Of a DNA stretch of 64,000 nucleotides, positions 41,024 through 51,661 are shown in pieces. Made by a program: the position numbers and the translations under genes. Below the pieces are notes generated by a model. It had not been told where the DNA came from. It was given only the letters and a program-made list of their open reading frames with translations, and ran no database searches. How positions within the stretch are numbered: the stretch's first letter is position 1; every line of letters begins with the position of its first letter. The DNA comes from Candidatus Microgenomates bacterium (GTDB lineage: Bacteria > Patescibacteriota > Microgenomatia > JACQLA01), in NCBI GenBank assembly GCA_016204255.1, contig JACQLA010000005.1:4339-68338 (forward strand), given 5' to 3'.

Positions 41024-41500
41024 CTACCATCTAAAGTGTGCGAAAGCCTTATTTGCTTCGGCCATACGAAGAGTATTGTCGCGTCTTTTAACGGCTTCGC
41101 CTTGATTTTGGACAGCGTCTAAAATTTCGGCGGATAATTTTTGATCAAAAGTTCGATATTGAGATGACGGTCTTTTTTTAGCCGCCTCTAAAATCCAACG
41201 AATCGCCAGAGCCTGTCTTCGATCACCACGCACCTCAACCGGAACTTGATAGGAAGCGCCGCCTACGCGTCTTGAGCGTACTTCAACCCGCGGCCCAACG
41301 TTATTAATGGCAGACTCAAAAACTTTAATCGGATCGTCGCCCTTTTTACCAATTTCCTTAATCATCCGATAAACTAGCCTCTGAGCGACAGTTTTTTTCC
41401 CATCGCGCATTAAGCGGTTAGTCAATCGGGCGATCAATCGATTTTGGTAAATTGGGTCAGGAACCAAGATTTTTTTTCTAATTTTTCCGGATCTGGACAT
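41024..41500 (-). CDS. rpsG: 30S ribosomal protein S7
   Basis: Start at MSRSGKIRKKILVPDPIY (ATG 41500). The C-terminal end is AFAHFRW. The track's 40-codon extension overlaps rpsL and is rejected. Confidence 0.95.
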   Translation of the reverse strand: MSRSGKIRKKILVPDPIYQNRLIARLTNRLMRDGKKTVAQRLVYRMIKEIGKKGDDPIKVFESAINNVGPRVEVRSRRVGGASYQVPVEVRGDRRQALAIRWILEAAKKRPSSQYRTFDQKLSAEILDAVQNQGEAVKRRDNTLRMAEANKAFAHFRW

Positions 41501-41504
41501 AGGT

Positions 41505-41948
41505 TTAAGCGGTGGTAGCAGCTTTCTGCGGACCTTTACCTCCTTCTCGTTTAACTCCATATTTTGAGCGGGCTTTCTTTCGGCTTTCAACGCCCAAAAG
41601 ATCAAATTTCCCTCGGACAATATGATACTTTACGCCCGGCAAATCTTTTACTCTTCCTCCTCGAACCAAAACAATGGAGTGCTCGCTAAGGGTGTGACCA
41701 ATACCACCGATATAGGCTGTAACCTCCTGTTTATTAGAAAGACGGACACGGGCTACCTTTCGCAGGGCCGAGTTCGGTTTTTTCGGCGTCATGGTTTTAA
41801 CCACGGTGCAAACTCCCCGTTTTTGAGGAGAGGTATAAGTCTTCATTTTGCGCTCGCGGGAGTTATAAAATTTTCTCAACGCCGTTGCGCGAGCCTTTTT
41901 CTTTAATTTTTTTCGACCTCGTCTTACGAGTTGTGAAATAGTTGGCAT
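41505..41948 (-). CDS. rpsL: 30S ribosomal protein S12
   Basis: [12 protein letters not shown]…[17 protein letters not shown]…[17 protein letters not shown]. Confidence 0.96.
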   Translation of the reverse strand: MPTISQLVRRGRKKLKKKARATALRKFYNSRERKMKTYTSPQKRGVCTVVKTMTPKKPNSALRKVARVRLSNKQEVTAYIGGIGHTLSEHSIVLVRGGRVKDLPGVKYHIVRGKFDLLGVESRKKARSKYGVKREGGKGPQKAATTA

Positions 41949-41983
41949 AGACGTCTAATTTTACCAAATTTTGGCCTTAAATT

Positions 41984-44900
41984 CTACTCCTCAATCACTG
42001 CTCGATCAGGAGAGGTGGGAATTAAACGGCCGATAATAACATTTTCTTTTAGACCCAACAGATGATCTTCTTTGCCTAAAATAGCGGCTTCGGTTAAAAC
42101 ATTAATTGTCTCTTGGAAAGAAGCGGCTGAAAGCCAAGAATAAGTACACAAAGAGGCTCGACTAATTCCCAAAATTACCAGTTTGGCCGCCGCCGGCTCT
42201 CCGCCTTCGGCTAAAATTTTAGCATTTTCTCCCTCAAAAAAGACCTTGTCAACAAGTTCACCCGGTAAGAAAAGAGTATCACCCGGGCTGTCAATTTTAA
42301 CTTTATCGCTCATACGGCGGACAATAACTTCAAAATGTTTGTCATTAATAGGAATTCCCTGAGTTTCATAAACGTTTTGAAGTTCGGCAATTAAATATTC
42401 TTGAGCCCGGCGAAGACCAGAAACGTGTAGAATTTCATTAATATCTAAAAATCCGCGTGCCAGCTGTGTTCCTGGCGAAACTAAATCGCCGTCTTTTACC
42501 ACCAATTCAGAGGTTAAAGGTACTAAATATTCTCGCTCCTCCGGTGGCTTAATGCCGACGCTTTTAACCCTGACTTTGTAACCCTCCGCCGTGTTTATAA
42601 CTTCCACTTTGCCGGCAATTTCCGCCAAAGGTGATAGGGTCTTGGGTGATCTTGCTTCAAATAACTCCTCTACTCTTGGTAGTCCTTGAGTAACGTCTAA
42701 ACCCACAACGCCGCCGGTATGGCGAACTCGAAGAGTAAGTTGAGTTCCTGGTTCACCAATCGACTGGGCGGCAATTACTCCTACCGGTGTACCGATTTCT
42801 ACTGATTTTCTTGTTCCTAAGTCGCGACCGTAACAAAGAACGCAAATACCGTATTTGGCTTGGCAGGTTAAAGGCGAACGGGCATTAATTTTGTCAATTT
42901 TTGCCTTTTCCAGAAGGCTGACCATTTCTTCGGTAATTTCCTCGCCTTTTTTAACTAAAACTTTTTTAGTCTTTGGATCAACAACTCTTTGTAAAGATAT
43001 TCTTCCTAAAATTCTTTCCCCGAAAGTTGTCCTTCTTGTTTCCTGACGAACTATTTCCAAACCTTCACTTGTTTGACAATCTTGCAGGCGTACAATCACA
43101 TCATGAGAAACATCAACTAGCCGCCGGGTTAGATATCCGGCATCGGCTGTTTTTAAAGCGGAGTCGGTTAAACCCTTCCTTGAACCCCGGGCCGAAGTTA
43201 CATATTCAAAAATTGACAAACCCTCTTTAAAGGAAGATTTTGTGGGTAAGGGCACGATATTCCCCAATGGGTCAACCACCAACCCTCTCATGGCTGACAA
43301 TTGTTTTAACTGATCCCGGCTGGCCCTGGTTCCTCCAGATTCAATAATCAAACGGGTGCTGTTTTCAGCCTCATATGAGTCCCAAGTTAAATCGGTTACT
43401 TTTTCCGTGGTATTAATCCAGATCTCATTTACCAATCGCCTTTTTTCTTCCGAAGTAATCAGCCCTTCATGAAAGGTTTTTTCCACACCTGAAATCTCAT
43501 CTTCGGCTTCCTGGATGAGTTTTTCTTTTTCCGGAACAGTCTTACAATCAGCAATACCCACCGAAACTCCCGATAGGGTGGCGGTGATAAATCCTAGCTC
43601 CTTAATCTTATCGATAATTAATACGACCTCTTCAAAGGAATAACTTGCCAAAGCTCTGGTAACCAGATTTTTAATTGTCGCGGCCTTGACATTTTCATTG
43701 ATAAATCTTAAATTCTCAGGCAAAACCTCATTAAAAAGAACTCTTCCGATCGTAGTTGTTATCTGTTTCCCGTCGATATTGACCGTAATTAATTGCCTTA
43801 GCCCAATTTTCTTACTTTGATAAGCAAAAAGCGCTTCTTCTGTTGAGGTAAAAATAGTTTCTGCCTCGGCTTCGTCGGGATTAATAGTTGTAAGATAATA
43901 ACAACCGACTGCCATCTCTTTATTAGGAATAGTTATAGGGGAACCATCACCGGGCTTAATAAGGTTGGTTTTGGCAAACATCTTGCTTACCGCTTCCTCT
44001 TGAGCCCGTGAAGACAAAGGCACATGAACGGCCATTTGATCGCCGTCAAAATCAGCGTTATACCCAGAACATACACAAGGATGGATAGCAATTGCGTTTC
44101 CTTCAATTAGGACTGGATAAAAAGCTTGTATGCCTAATCTATGAAGAGTTGGAGCGCGGTTAAGTAAAACCGGGTGATTTTTAGTGATTTCCTCCAAAAT
44201 ATCAAAAACTTCCGGTGGTCTTTTTTCCAAAAATCGCTTGGCCGCTTTAACGTTTGGCGAAAGGCCACGAACAATAATTTCTCGCAAAACAAAGGGCTTA
44301 AACATCTCCAGGGCCATCTCCTTGGGCAAACCGCATTGGTTAAGGGTTAAATCCGGATTAACGACAATAACTGACCGACCAGAATAGTCCACTCTTTTTC
44401 CTAATAAATTCTGGCGAAATCTGCCCTGTTTTCCCCGCAACATATCGGATAAAGACCTGAGTGGAGCAATAGTTGTCCGACGAGCCGGTCTTTGAGTGGC
44501 ATCAATTAGGGAATCCACCGCTTCCTGTAACATCCTTTTTTCATTCCTTAAAATAATTTCTGGTGCTCCTAAATCAATCAGATACTTGAGCCGATTATTG
44601 CGGTTAATAACGCGTCTATAAAGATCATTAAGATCGGAGGTCGCAAATCGGCCGCCGGTTAGTTGAACCATCGGTCTTAAATCAGGAGGTAAAACCGGTA
44701 GAATCGTAAGAATCATCCAAACCGGAGAGATACCTGCTCTTTTTAAACCCTCAACCACTCTTAATCGCTTAGCAGCTTTAATATAGCGTTGACCACCGCT
44801 TTTATGAATTTCTGTCCGAAGTTCCTGAGCTAACTTGGCCAAATCGACTTCTTTTACTGCCTCCAAAATGGCCTCCGCTCCCATACCGGCTTTAAAGAAT

Positions 44901-45691
44901 CCATCGATCCCGTAATCTTGCATTTTCAAGTACTCATCTTCGCTCAAAAGGGTGAAGCGTTTAAGACCATCCACTCTTTCCCGAAGATTACGGAAAATTT
45001 CCTCAACACTTTTTTCGTCCTGGCTGATTTTACTTTCAAGATTTTTAATTTTTTGTTTAAACTTCAGCTCAATTTCGGTTTTGGCTAATTCCAATTGCTC
45101 TTTATTCTTAACTTTTGCTTTAAGATTTTTAAGCTCTTCGTCCTTCTCCTGATCAAGTTGTTTTTGTAACTCTTTAACTTCCGATTTAAGTTCCCGCAGT
45201 TTTTGTTCCATTTTTTCCGGTAAACCGTCGATGATTTTCTTTTTTTCATCTTTATCTATTTCGGTTACCAGATATTGAGCAAAATAAACAATTGACTCAA
45301 GATTGCGAGGAGTGATATCTAAAAGTAAAGAAATTTTTGAAGGAACACCCTTGAAAAACCATGTGTGAACAACGGGGGCTGCCAGAGTGATATGCCCCAT
45401 TCTTTCACGTCTGACTTTAGATTGTGTTACTTCAACACCGCATTTGTCGCAAATAATTCCCCGGTAACGAATTCGCTTATATTTGCCGCAGTAACACTCC
45501 CAGTCTTTTGTCGGACCAAAAATAGCTTCGGAAAATAATCCGTCTTTTTCCGGTTTAAGAGTTCGGTAGTTGATGGTTTCGGGTTTAGTAACTTCGCCAT
45601 AGGACCAGTTTTTAATGTCCTCTGAGGAAGCTAAAGTAATTTTTAAACCCTTGAAATCAGCGATATTTCCAAAGGCGTTTTTATGATCCAT
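41984..45691 (-). CDS. rpoC: DNA-directed RNA polymerase subunit beta'
   Basis: Zinc motif CYCGKYKRIRYRGIICDKCGVEV and catalytic NADFDGDQMAVH. 1235 aa. Confidence 0.97.
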   Translation of the reverse strand: MDHKNAFGNIADFKGLKITLASSEDIKNWSYGEVTKPETINYRTLKPEKDGLFSEAIFGPTKDWECYCGKYKRIRYRGIICDKCGVEVTQSKVRRERMGHITLAAPVVHTWFFKGVPSKISLLLDITPRNLESIVYFAQYLVTEIDKDEKKKIIDGLPEKMEQKLRELKSEVKELQKQLDQEKDEELKNLKAKVKNKEQLELAKTEIELKFKQKIKNLESKISQDEKSVEEIFRNLRERVDGLKRFTLLSEDEYLKMQDYGIDGFFKAGMGAEAILEAVKEVDLAKLAQELRTEIHKSGGQRYIKAAKRLRVVEGLKRAGISPVWMILTILPVLPPDLRPMVQLTGGRFATSDLNDLYRRVINRNNRLKYLIDLGAPEIILRNEKRMLQEAVDSLIDATQRPARRTTIAPLRSLSDMLRGKQGRFRQNLLGKRVDYSGRSVIVVNPDLTLNQCGLPKEMALEMFKPFVLREIIVRGLSPNVKAAKRFLEKRPPEVFDILEEITKNHPVLLNRAPTLHRLGIQAFYPVLIEGNAIAIHPCVCSGYNADFDGDQMAVHVPLSSRAQEEAVSKMFAKTNLIKPGDGSPITIPNKEMAVGCYYLTTINPDEAEAETIFTSTEEALFAYQSKKIGLRQLITVNIDGKQITTTIGRVLFNEVLPENLRFINENVKAATIKNLVTRALASYSFEEVVLIIDKIKELGFITATLSGVSVGIADCKTVPEKEKLIQEAEDEISGVEKTFHEGLITSEEKRRLVNEIWINTTEKVTDLTWDSYEAENSTRLIIESGGTRASRDQLKQLSAMRGLVVDPLGNIVPLPTKSSFKEGLSIFEYVTSARGSRKGLTDSALKTADAGYLTRRLVDVSHDVIVRLQDCQTSEGLEIVRQETRRTTFGERILGRISLQRVVDPKTKKVLVKKGEEITEEMVSLLEKAKIDKINARSPLTCQAKYGICVLCYGRDLGTRKSVEIGTPVGVIAAQSIGEPGTQLTLRVRHTGGVVGLDVTQGLPRVEELFEARSPKTLSPLAEIAGKVEVINTAEGYKVRVKSVGIKPPEEREYLVPLTSELVVKDGDLVSPGTQLARGFLDINEILHVSGLRRAQEYLIAELQNVYETQGIPINDKHFEVIVRRMSDKVKIDSPGDTLFLPGELVDKVFFEGENAKILAEGGEPAAAKLVILGISRASLCTYSWLSAASFQETINVLTEAAILGKEDHLLGLKENVIIGRLIPTSPDRAVIEE

Positions 45692-45694
45692 TTT

Positions 45695-48600
45695 TTATTC
45701 CTCCTTGCTTTCTTGATCGGGAGTCGCGCCATTTTCTGCTTCCTGTTTTTCTTCTACCGATGCTGACGCAACATTTGAATCATTTTCTGCAATAACCTCT
45801 TCGCCCGAAGCCAAAGCCAATTCCTCTGCAATCTTTTGAGTCTCTTCTTCGGTTTTAATCTCTTTTTCGCTAAGAATTTTTGTGGCGGCAGCGATAACTT
45901 CGGTGGGAGTAACCGAAAGCCCCAAACTTTGAAGTTCTTTTACTAAAACTTTAAATGATTCCGGGATCATCGACTCGGGGATATCAACGCCCTTAACAAT
46001 GGCCTCAAAGGCTTTAGTACGGCCGACCACATCATCAGATTTAATGGTTAGCATTTCCTGCAAAACATAAGCTGCCCGATGTGCTTCCAGGGCCCAAACT
46101 TCCATTTCCCCCAATCTTTGTCCACCCATTTGGGCCTTACCGCCTAACGGTTGCTGGGTTACTAAGGAGTATGGACCGGTCGAACGGGCATGAGTTTTAT
46201 CCTCGACCATATGAATAAGCTTCATAACATATTCTTCGCCAACCACAACCGGCTGTTCAAAATATTCACCGGTTTTTCCATTAATTAACCGCGCTTTCCC
46301 AGAAACCGGCAGGCCGGCACTCTTCATAATTTGAATTAAAGTAGTCTCTGACATTTCTTCAAAAGCTGGAGCCACTATTTTTGAATCCAGTTTCTCCGCC
46401 GCCCAACCAAGGTGAGTTTCCAGAAGCTGCCCTAAATTCATACGAGCCAAAACTGAAAGTGAAGAAATAATAATATCAACCGGTGTACCATCCTCTAGAT
46501 AAGGCATATCAGCCTGGGGAACGATTTTTGAAATTACTCCTTTATTACCGTGGCGTCCGGCCAGCTTATCACCTACAACTACCTTGCGAATCTGGGCCAC
46601 TCGAACAATAATCTTCTGATTGGTACCGGGCTCCAGCTCATCTCCCTTTTCCCGATCTAAAATAGATATACCGACAACAATCCCGTGTTCACCATGAGGC
46701 ATTCGTAAAGATGTATCTCTTACCTCTCTGGCTTTTTCGCCAAAAATCGCCCGCAGAAGTCGCTCTTCAGCACTCAACTCCGTCTCGCCTTTAGGCGCGA
46801 TTTTGCCGACCAAAATATCGTCCGGCCCAACCTCCGAACCAACCACGACAATTCCCTTTTCATCGAGATTTTTCAAATCCTCTTCCCCAACGTTAGGAAT
46901 GTCACGAGTGGTTTCTTCCGGTCCAAGTTTAGTCTCAACCACGCTGGTTTCATACTCTTCAATATGAATTGAGGTTAAAAGATCTTCGTGAACAAGCCGG
47001 TCAGAAACCACAATAGCATCTTCGTGGCCCAGTCCTTCAAAAGACATATAGGCGATTTTCAAATTTTGACCCAGGGCCAAACGTCCATTTTCACATGTTG
47101 GGCCATCGATTAAAATTTGACCTGCCTTAACTTCATCTCCCACTGAAACCAATGAACGTTGATTGTAACAGGTATTTTGAGTGGTGCGTTTAAATTTTTC
47201 GATCAGGTAAGTATCCTTCTCGCCATCGCGCGTCTCAACGATTAAAGTACTTCCATCAATATAGGTTATTTTACCGTTTCTTTCGGCCTTAATCACCCGC
47301 TGCATGGATTCCGCAACAATCTTTTCCATTCCAGTACCGACAACGGGCGCTTTAGGAGCGAGTAAAGGTACTGCCTGACATTGCATATGGCTTCCCATCA
47401 AGGCCCGAGTCGCCTCATCATGAGCAATAAAGGGAATTAAAGATGCCGAAGTCCCCAAAACTTGGCGCGGGGTTAAATCAATAAAATTGATTAAATCTAT
47501 GGGTACTTCCAAAAAGTCTCCTTGATAACGGGCGGGAACCCTTTCCTCTTCAAGATTACCGTTTTTATCAATTCCAATACCAGCATGGGTGATGTAATAA
47601 TTTTCCTCGTCATCAGCCGTCAGATAGACAATTTCATCTGTTATTTTCATCTTAAGTTTTCCGCCCGACTTTACCGGAACTACCTTCCGATAAGGAGTCT
47701 CTAAAAATCCGTACTCATTAACTCGCGTGTACAAAGTCATGTAGGTTACTAATCCGATGTTTGGCCCTTCAGGCGAACGAACCGGGCAAATACGACCATA
47801 TTGAGATGAGTGAACATCGCGAATGGAGAAGGAAGCTCTCTCGCGAGAAATACCGCCCGCACCCATAACGGATAAACGTCTTAAATTGTCGATTTCAGAA
47901 AGGGGATTAGTCTGATCCAAAATGGTTGAAAGCTGCGAAGTACGGAAAAAGTCGTTAATAGCAGCAATCACCGGTCGGGCGTTAACAATTTGAGCCGGGG
48001 CCAAAAGTTCGGTCGGACTTACCAAGCTCATTTTTTCCTTAATTGCTCTCTCCAATCTCAAAATTCCCGGGCGAAAAGCTTGGAGCCCAACCAACTCACC
48101 CACACAGCGCACTCGCCGATTACCCAAATGATCAATATCATCAATTCGGCCTTCTCCATTTTGCAAAGCAATTAAATATCTAATGATAGCAATCACATCC
48201 CCCTTACTCAAAATCCAATTCTCGGGGGTGTTAGGACGATCGGTAACATCAAGTCTTTTGTTAAGTTTGTAACGTCCGGCTTTTCCTAAAGAATACCGTC
48301 GCGGATTTAAAAATAGATTAGTGAAAAAGTCCTGGGCATTACTTAGGACAATCGGCTCACCCACGCGCATTTTTTTATAAATTTCAAGCATCGCTTCGGG
48401 GGTTGATTTAGTGGTATCTTTTTCGATTGTGGTTAAAAGATATTGATGATCCTTATTATTATCGACGTCGGAAAAAAGATTAAGAATCTCCTCGTCTAAA
48501 CTAATACCAAAGGCCCGCAATAAAATAGTTAACGGAAATTTTCGGCGGCGATCAATACGGGCAATCAATAAATTATTACGAGAAACGGTAAATTCCAGCC

Positions 48601-49099
48601 AACAACCGCGTAAAGGCCGAATTTCGGCGGTATGAAGCATTCTTCCGGTAGTCGCGTCCGGAATACCCGTAAAATAAGCGCCGGGAGAACGAACCAACTG
48701 GTTTACCACACAACGCTCAATGCCGTTGACGATAAAGGTTCCATTATCAGTCATTTTGGGTAAATCGCCCAAAAAAACCGATTGCTTGGTTTTCTCACCG
48801 GTTTGTTTATTTGTTAAAACAACATCAACCTTCAGGGGAATATCATAAGTAAGACCTTTTGCCATCGCCTGTTGAGGGGTGAGACGGGGTTTTCCCAATG
48901 AATGTTTTTCAAAACTCAGGTTCCAGTTTTTTCCGGTAAAGTCTTCTATAGGGGAAATTTCCTCTAAAACCTCAGGGATCCCTGTCTCTAAAAAATCCTT
49001 ATATGATTCTCTCTGGATCAGAGTTAAATCCGGCGTGGGCAAAAGACTATCCTCTTTACCCAAAACGAGGTAATTGTTAGAATTATTATTCTTTGGCAT
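45695..49099 (-). CDS. rpoB: DNA-directed RNA polymerase subunit beta
   Basis: Conserved blocks GRHGNKGVISKI and GGQRLGEMEVWALEAH. 1134 aa with an acidic C-terminal tail. Confidence 0.97.
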   Translation of the reverse strand: MPKNNNSNNYLVLGKEDSLLPTPDLTLIQRESYKDFLETGIPEVLEEISPIEDFTGKNWNLSFEKHSLGKPRLTPQQAMAKGLTYDIPLKVDVVLTNKQTGEKTKQSVFLGDLPKMTDNGTFIVNGIERCVVNQLVRSPGAYFTGIPDATTGRMLHTAEIRPLRGCWLEFTVSRNNLLIARIDRRRKFPLTILLRAFGISLDEEILNLFSDVDNNKDHQYLLTTIEKDTTKSTPEAMLEIYKKMRVGEPIVLSNAQDFFTNLFLNPRRYSLGKAGRYKLNKRLDVTDRPNTPENWILSKGDVIAIIRYLIALQNGEGRIDDIDHLGNRRVRCVGELVGLQAFRPGILRLERAIKEKMSLVSPTELLAPAQIVNARPVIAAINDFFRTSQLSTILDQTNPLSEIDNLRRLSVMGAGGISRERASFSIRDVHSSQYGRICPVRSPEGPNIGLVTYMTLYTRVNEYGFLETPYRKVVPVKSGGKLKMKITDEIVYLTADDEENYYITHAGIGIDKNGNLEEERVPARYQGDFLEVPIDLINFIDLTPRQVLGTSASLIPFIAHDEATRALMGSHMQCQAVPLLAPKAPVVGTGMEKIVAESMQRVIKAERNGKITYIDGSTLIVETRDGEKDTYLIEKFKRTTQNTCYNQRSLVSVGDEVKAGQILIDGPTCENGRLALGQNLKIAYMSFEGLGHEDAIVVSDRLVHEDLLTSIHIEEYETSVVETKLGPEETTRDIPNVGEEDLKNLDEKGIVVVGSEVGPDDILVGKIAPKGETELSAEERLLRAIFGEKAREVRDTSLRMPHGEHGIVVGISILDREKGDELEPGTNQKIIVRVAQIRKVVVGDKLAGRHGNKGVISKIVPQADMPYLEDGTPVDIIISSLSVLARMNLGQLLETHLGWAAEKLDSKIVAPAFEEMSETTLIQIMKSAGLPVSGKARLINGKTGEYFEQPVVVGEEYVMKLIHMVEDKTHARSTGPYSLVTQQPLGGKAQMGGQRLGEMEVWALEAHRAAYVLQEMLTIKSDDVVGRTKAFEAIVKGVDIPESMIPESFKVLVKELQSLGLSVTPTEVIAAATKILSEKEIKTEEETQKIAEELALASGEEVIAENDSNVASASVEEKQEAENGATPDQESKEE

Positions 49100-49218
49100 C
49101 GGGAATATTTATTGAGTAAATTTAAAATTGAGTAACCTAAAAAAGGAGACTCGCGCAAAAACGACAAAAGAAAGCGTACCCCACGTACGCCATCGCATAT
49201 TAAATTGAAACTATTGTT

Positions 49219-49247
49219 CTTATAGCACAAGAAAATTATTTTGTCAA
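49219..49247 (-). promoter_or_regulatory. sigma70-type promoter for rpoB
   Basis: On the minus strand: TTGACA (49247-49242), a 17-nt spacer ending in TGc, then TATAAG (49224-49219). This would give a leader of about 110 nt. Confidence 0.5.
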
Positions 49248-49287
49248 TGGCCAAGTCCACCAAAAACTGATAAGCTGTTATTCGAAT

Positions 49288-50391
49288 ATGTTTAGATCAT
49301 GGGTAATGAAATTTTTAATCGTCTCTGCACTGGTAGGTATTCTCATTTTTATCGGCTTTTTATATTTATTCAAAAATTTGAGTTTTGATCCCGAGCCTCC
49401 CAAAATCTCCTTTAAACCTTTTAAATCTTCCGTGGGAGAGGTTTTTAATCCCGAATCTCCCTCGCTTAAAAAGATTTTCTCCCAGGATCACCAGTGGATT
49501 GCTACTTTATCTGCTGGAAAAATACGCACCCTAAAAGCCACCGGAGACGTGATTTTGGCTCGTTCCGTCAATTATAAAACGGTCCAAAATCGCAATTTCG
49601 GTTGGCCGTTTGAAAAAACAGACGAATTTTTAAAAAATGCGGATATAGCCTTCATTAATTTAGAGTCTCCTCTTGTTAAAAATTGTCCCGTGACCAATAC
49701 AGGGATGATTTTTTGCGGCGATGAACGCAACATAGAGGGACTACTTGCAGCCGGCGTAGACGTGGCAAGCTTGGCTAATAATCACGCCGGTAATTACGGC
49801 TTTGATGGAATTAAAAACACAATTAACCTGCTAAATTCTTCGGAGATTTTAACCACCGGAGTTAATGGTCCGATTTTTAAAAAAATTCGTGGTTTGCGTT
49901 TTGCCTTTTTAGGCTACAACGACATTGGGCATGAAGAAAAGGGAATTTCGTGGGCGGCAAATAACAAAGTGGCCGAAGGAATTAAGACGACTCGCTCCCA
50001 AGCGGATATTATAATCATCGCTTTTCATTGGGGAACCGAATATACTGGCCAACCGAACACCCGACAAAAAGAACTTGCTCATCTGGCCATCAATTCGGGC
50101 GCGGATTTGGTAATCGGCAATCACCCTCACTGGATCCAGCCAGTTGAGATTTACAAAGGAAAATTAATTACTTACGCCCATGGGAATTTTGTTTTTGACC
50201 AGGAATGGAGCCAGAAAACTAAAGAAGGGGTGGTTGGAATCTATACTTTTTATGATAAGCAGTTAATTGATGTTGAATTCTTGCCCGTGGAAATAGCTGA
50301 TTACGGACAACCTTATTTTTTGGAGAACGAAAAAAAGAATTTAATCTTGAAAGAAATGAAAAACGAAAGTCTTAAGCTATCCGAACAGTAA
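49288..50391 (+). CDS. CapA/PGA_cap-family metallophosphoesterase-like protein
   Basis: N-terminal TM helix. Motifs GDVILAR, NLESP, ANNHAGNYG and HWGTEY are typical of the CapA family. The start could instead be ATG at 49306. Confidence 0.75.
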   Translation: MFRSWVMKFLIVSALVGILIFIGFLYLFKNLSFDPEPPKISFKPFKSSVGEVFNPESPSLKKIFSQDHQWIATLSAGKIRTLKATGDVILARSVNYKTVQNRNFGWPFEKTDEFLKNADIAFINLESPLVKNCPVTNTGMIFCGDERNIEGLLAAGVDVASLANNHAGNYGFDGIKNTINLLNSSEILTTGVNGPIFKKIRGLRFAFLGYNDIGHEEKGISWAANNKVAEGIKTTRSQADIIIIAFHWGTEYTGQPNTRQKELAHLAINSGADLVIGNHPHWIQPVEIYKGKLITYAHGNFVFDQEWSQKTKEGVVGIYTFYDKQLIDVEFLPVEIADYGQPYFLENEKKNLILKEMKNESLKLSEQ

Positions 50392-50552
50392 ATAGCTTCA
50401 GGCTTCTTCGCCAGAAGCGTCCAGGGGAAAATTTTCTCTTTTTCTTGCGGTGGAATTCCCATAATTAAAGTTATTAATAACATAAGATGGCCGCTGCGTC
50501 AAGATGCTAATCATAGCAATTTAGCCTCGAATTTGGTAAAATATGGCAACCT

Positions 50553-50585
50553 GGAGGAGATTTTTTGATCTCAGTTAAAAGATGA
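50553..50585 (+). promoter_or_regulatory. SD plus 6-codon upstream mini-ORF whose stop overlaps the mnmA start
   Basis: GGAGGAG (50553-50559), then 5 nt, then TTG ATC TCA GTT AAA AGA TGA (50565-50585). The TGA overlaps the mnmA ATG (50582-50584), and mnmA has no SD of its own. Confidence 0.3.
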
Positions 50586-51661
50586 GGAAGAAAATTGCAG
50601 TCGGTATTTCCGGTGGCGTAGATTCGGCAGTCTCCGCCGCTTTACTTAAAAGAAGCGGCGATTTTGACGTGGTCGGCGTTTACCTGCATTGCTTTCCCGA
50701 ATCCTTCCAAAAAACTCTTAGCTGTACTGATAAAGAAGACTTCAAGACGGCCCAAGAAGTTGCCAAATCCCTAGATATCCCCTTTACTTTTTTCGATTTT
50801 GAAAAAGAGTATCAGGAAAAAGTGATTGATTATTTTTTTCATGAGTATCAGGCGGGAAGAACTCCTAACCCCGACGCAGTTTGCAATAGGGAAATAAAGT
50901 TTGGTCTTTTTTTAGAAAAAGCTCGAAAGGATTTAGAAGCAGATTTTATTGCTACTGGTCACTATGCACAAGTTAAGAGCAATCATTCCTATCATCTTCT
51001 TTCCGGCAAGGATGAAACAAAAGATCAATCTTACTTTCTTTACAACCTTAGCCAAGAACAATTAGGCCGAGCTGTCTTTCCAATCGGAAATTATCTTAAA
51101 AAAGAGGTGCGCCAAATGGCCAAAGGTTTTGGCCTGCCAAATTGGGCCAGAAAAGACAGTCAGGGTATTTGTTTTTTAGGCAAAGTCAGTGTCAAAAAAT
51201 TTTTGGAGCAGAGAATCGAACCGAAAAAAGGCGAAGTTGTTGATAAAAACGGCCAAGCTATCGGTGAGCACGAAGGGATTTGGTTTCATACTATTGGTCA
51301 AAGACATGGCTTTAAAATCACCAAGAATATTAAGGAAAGGGTTGAAAACCATATTATTCTCCCCCTTTATGTCATTGATAAAGATATTGAGAATAACCGC
51401 CTGATAGTCGGCTGGGGTAAGGAATGCGAAAAAGATCGTTTTGAAGTTGAAAAAATTAACTGGATAAACAAACCATCAGAGCAAGCTATTTCCTGTCTGG
51501 TCCGTATTAGGCACCTAGGTCAACTTTATCCTTGCGAGATAAAAATTAATAATGGTAAGACGGAAGTGATTTTAGATGAATCTGCCTGGGGTATTGCCCC
51601 CGGCCAGGTAGCGGTATTTTACAAAGAAACAGAAGTTTTGGGCGGCGGAATTATTGTTTAA
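50582..51661 (+). CDS. mnmA: tRNA 2-thiouridine(34) synthase
   Basis: PP-loop VGISGGVDSAVSA, NPDAVCNREIKF and DQSYFL. Confidence 0.93.
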   Translation: MRKKIAVGISGGVDSAVSAALLKRSGDFDVVGVYLHCFPESFQKTLSCTDKEDFKTAQEVAKSLDIPFTFFDFEKEYQEKVIDYFFHEYQAGRTPNPDAVCNREIKFGLFLEKARKDLEADFIATGHYAQVKSNHSYHLLSGKDETKDQSYFLYNLSQEQLGRAVFPIGNYLKKEVRQMAKGFGLPNWARKDSQGICFLGKVSVKKFLEQRIEPKKGEVVDKNGQAIGEHEGIWFHTIGQRHGFKITKNIKERVENHIILPLYVIDKDIENNRLIVGWGKECEKDRFEVEKINWINKPSEQAISCLVRIRHLGQLYPCEIKINNGKTEVILDESAWGIAPGQVAVFYKETEVLGGGIIV

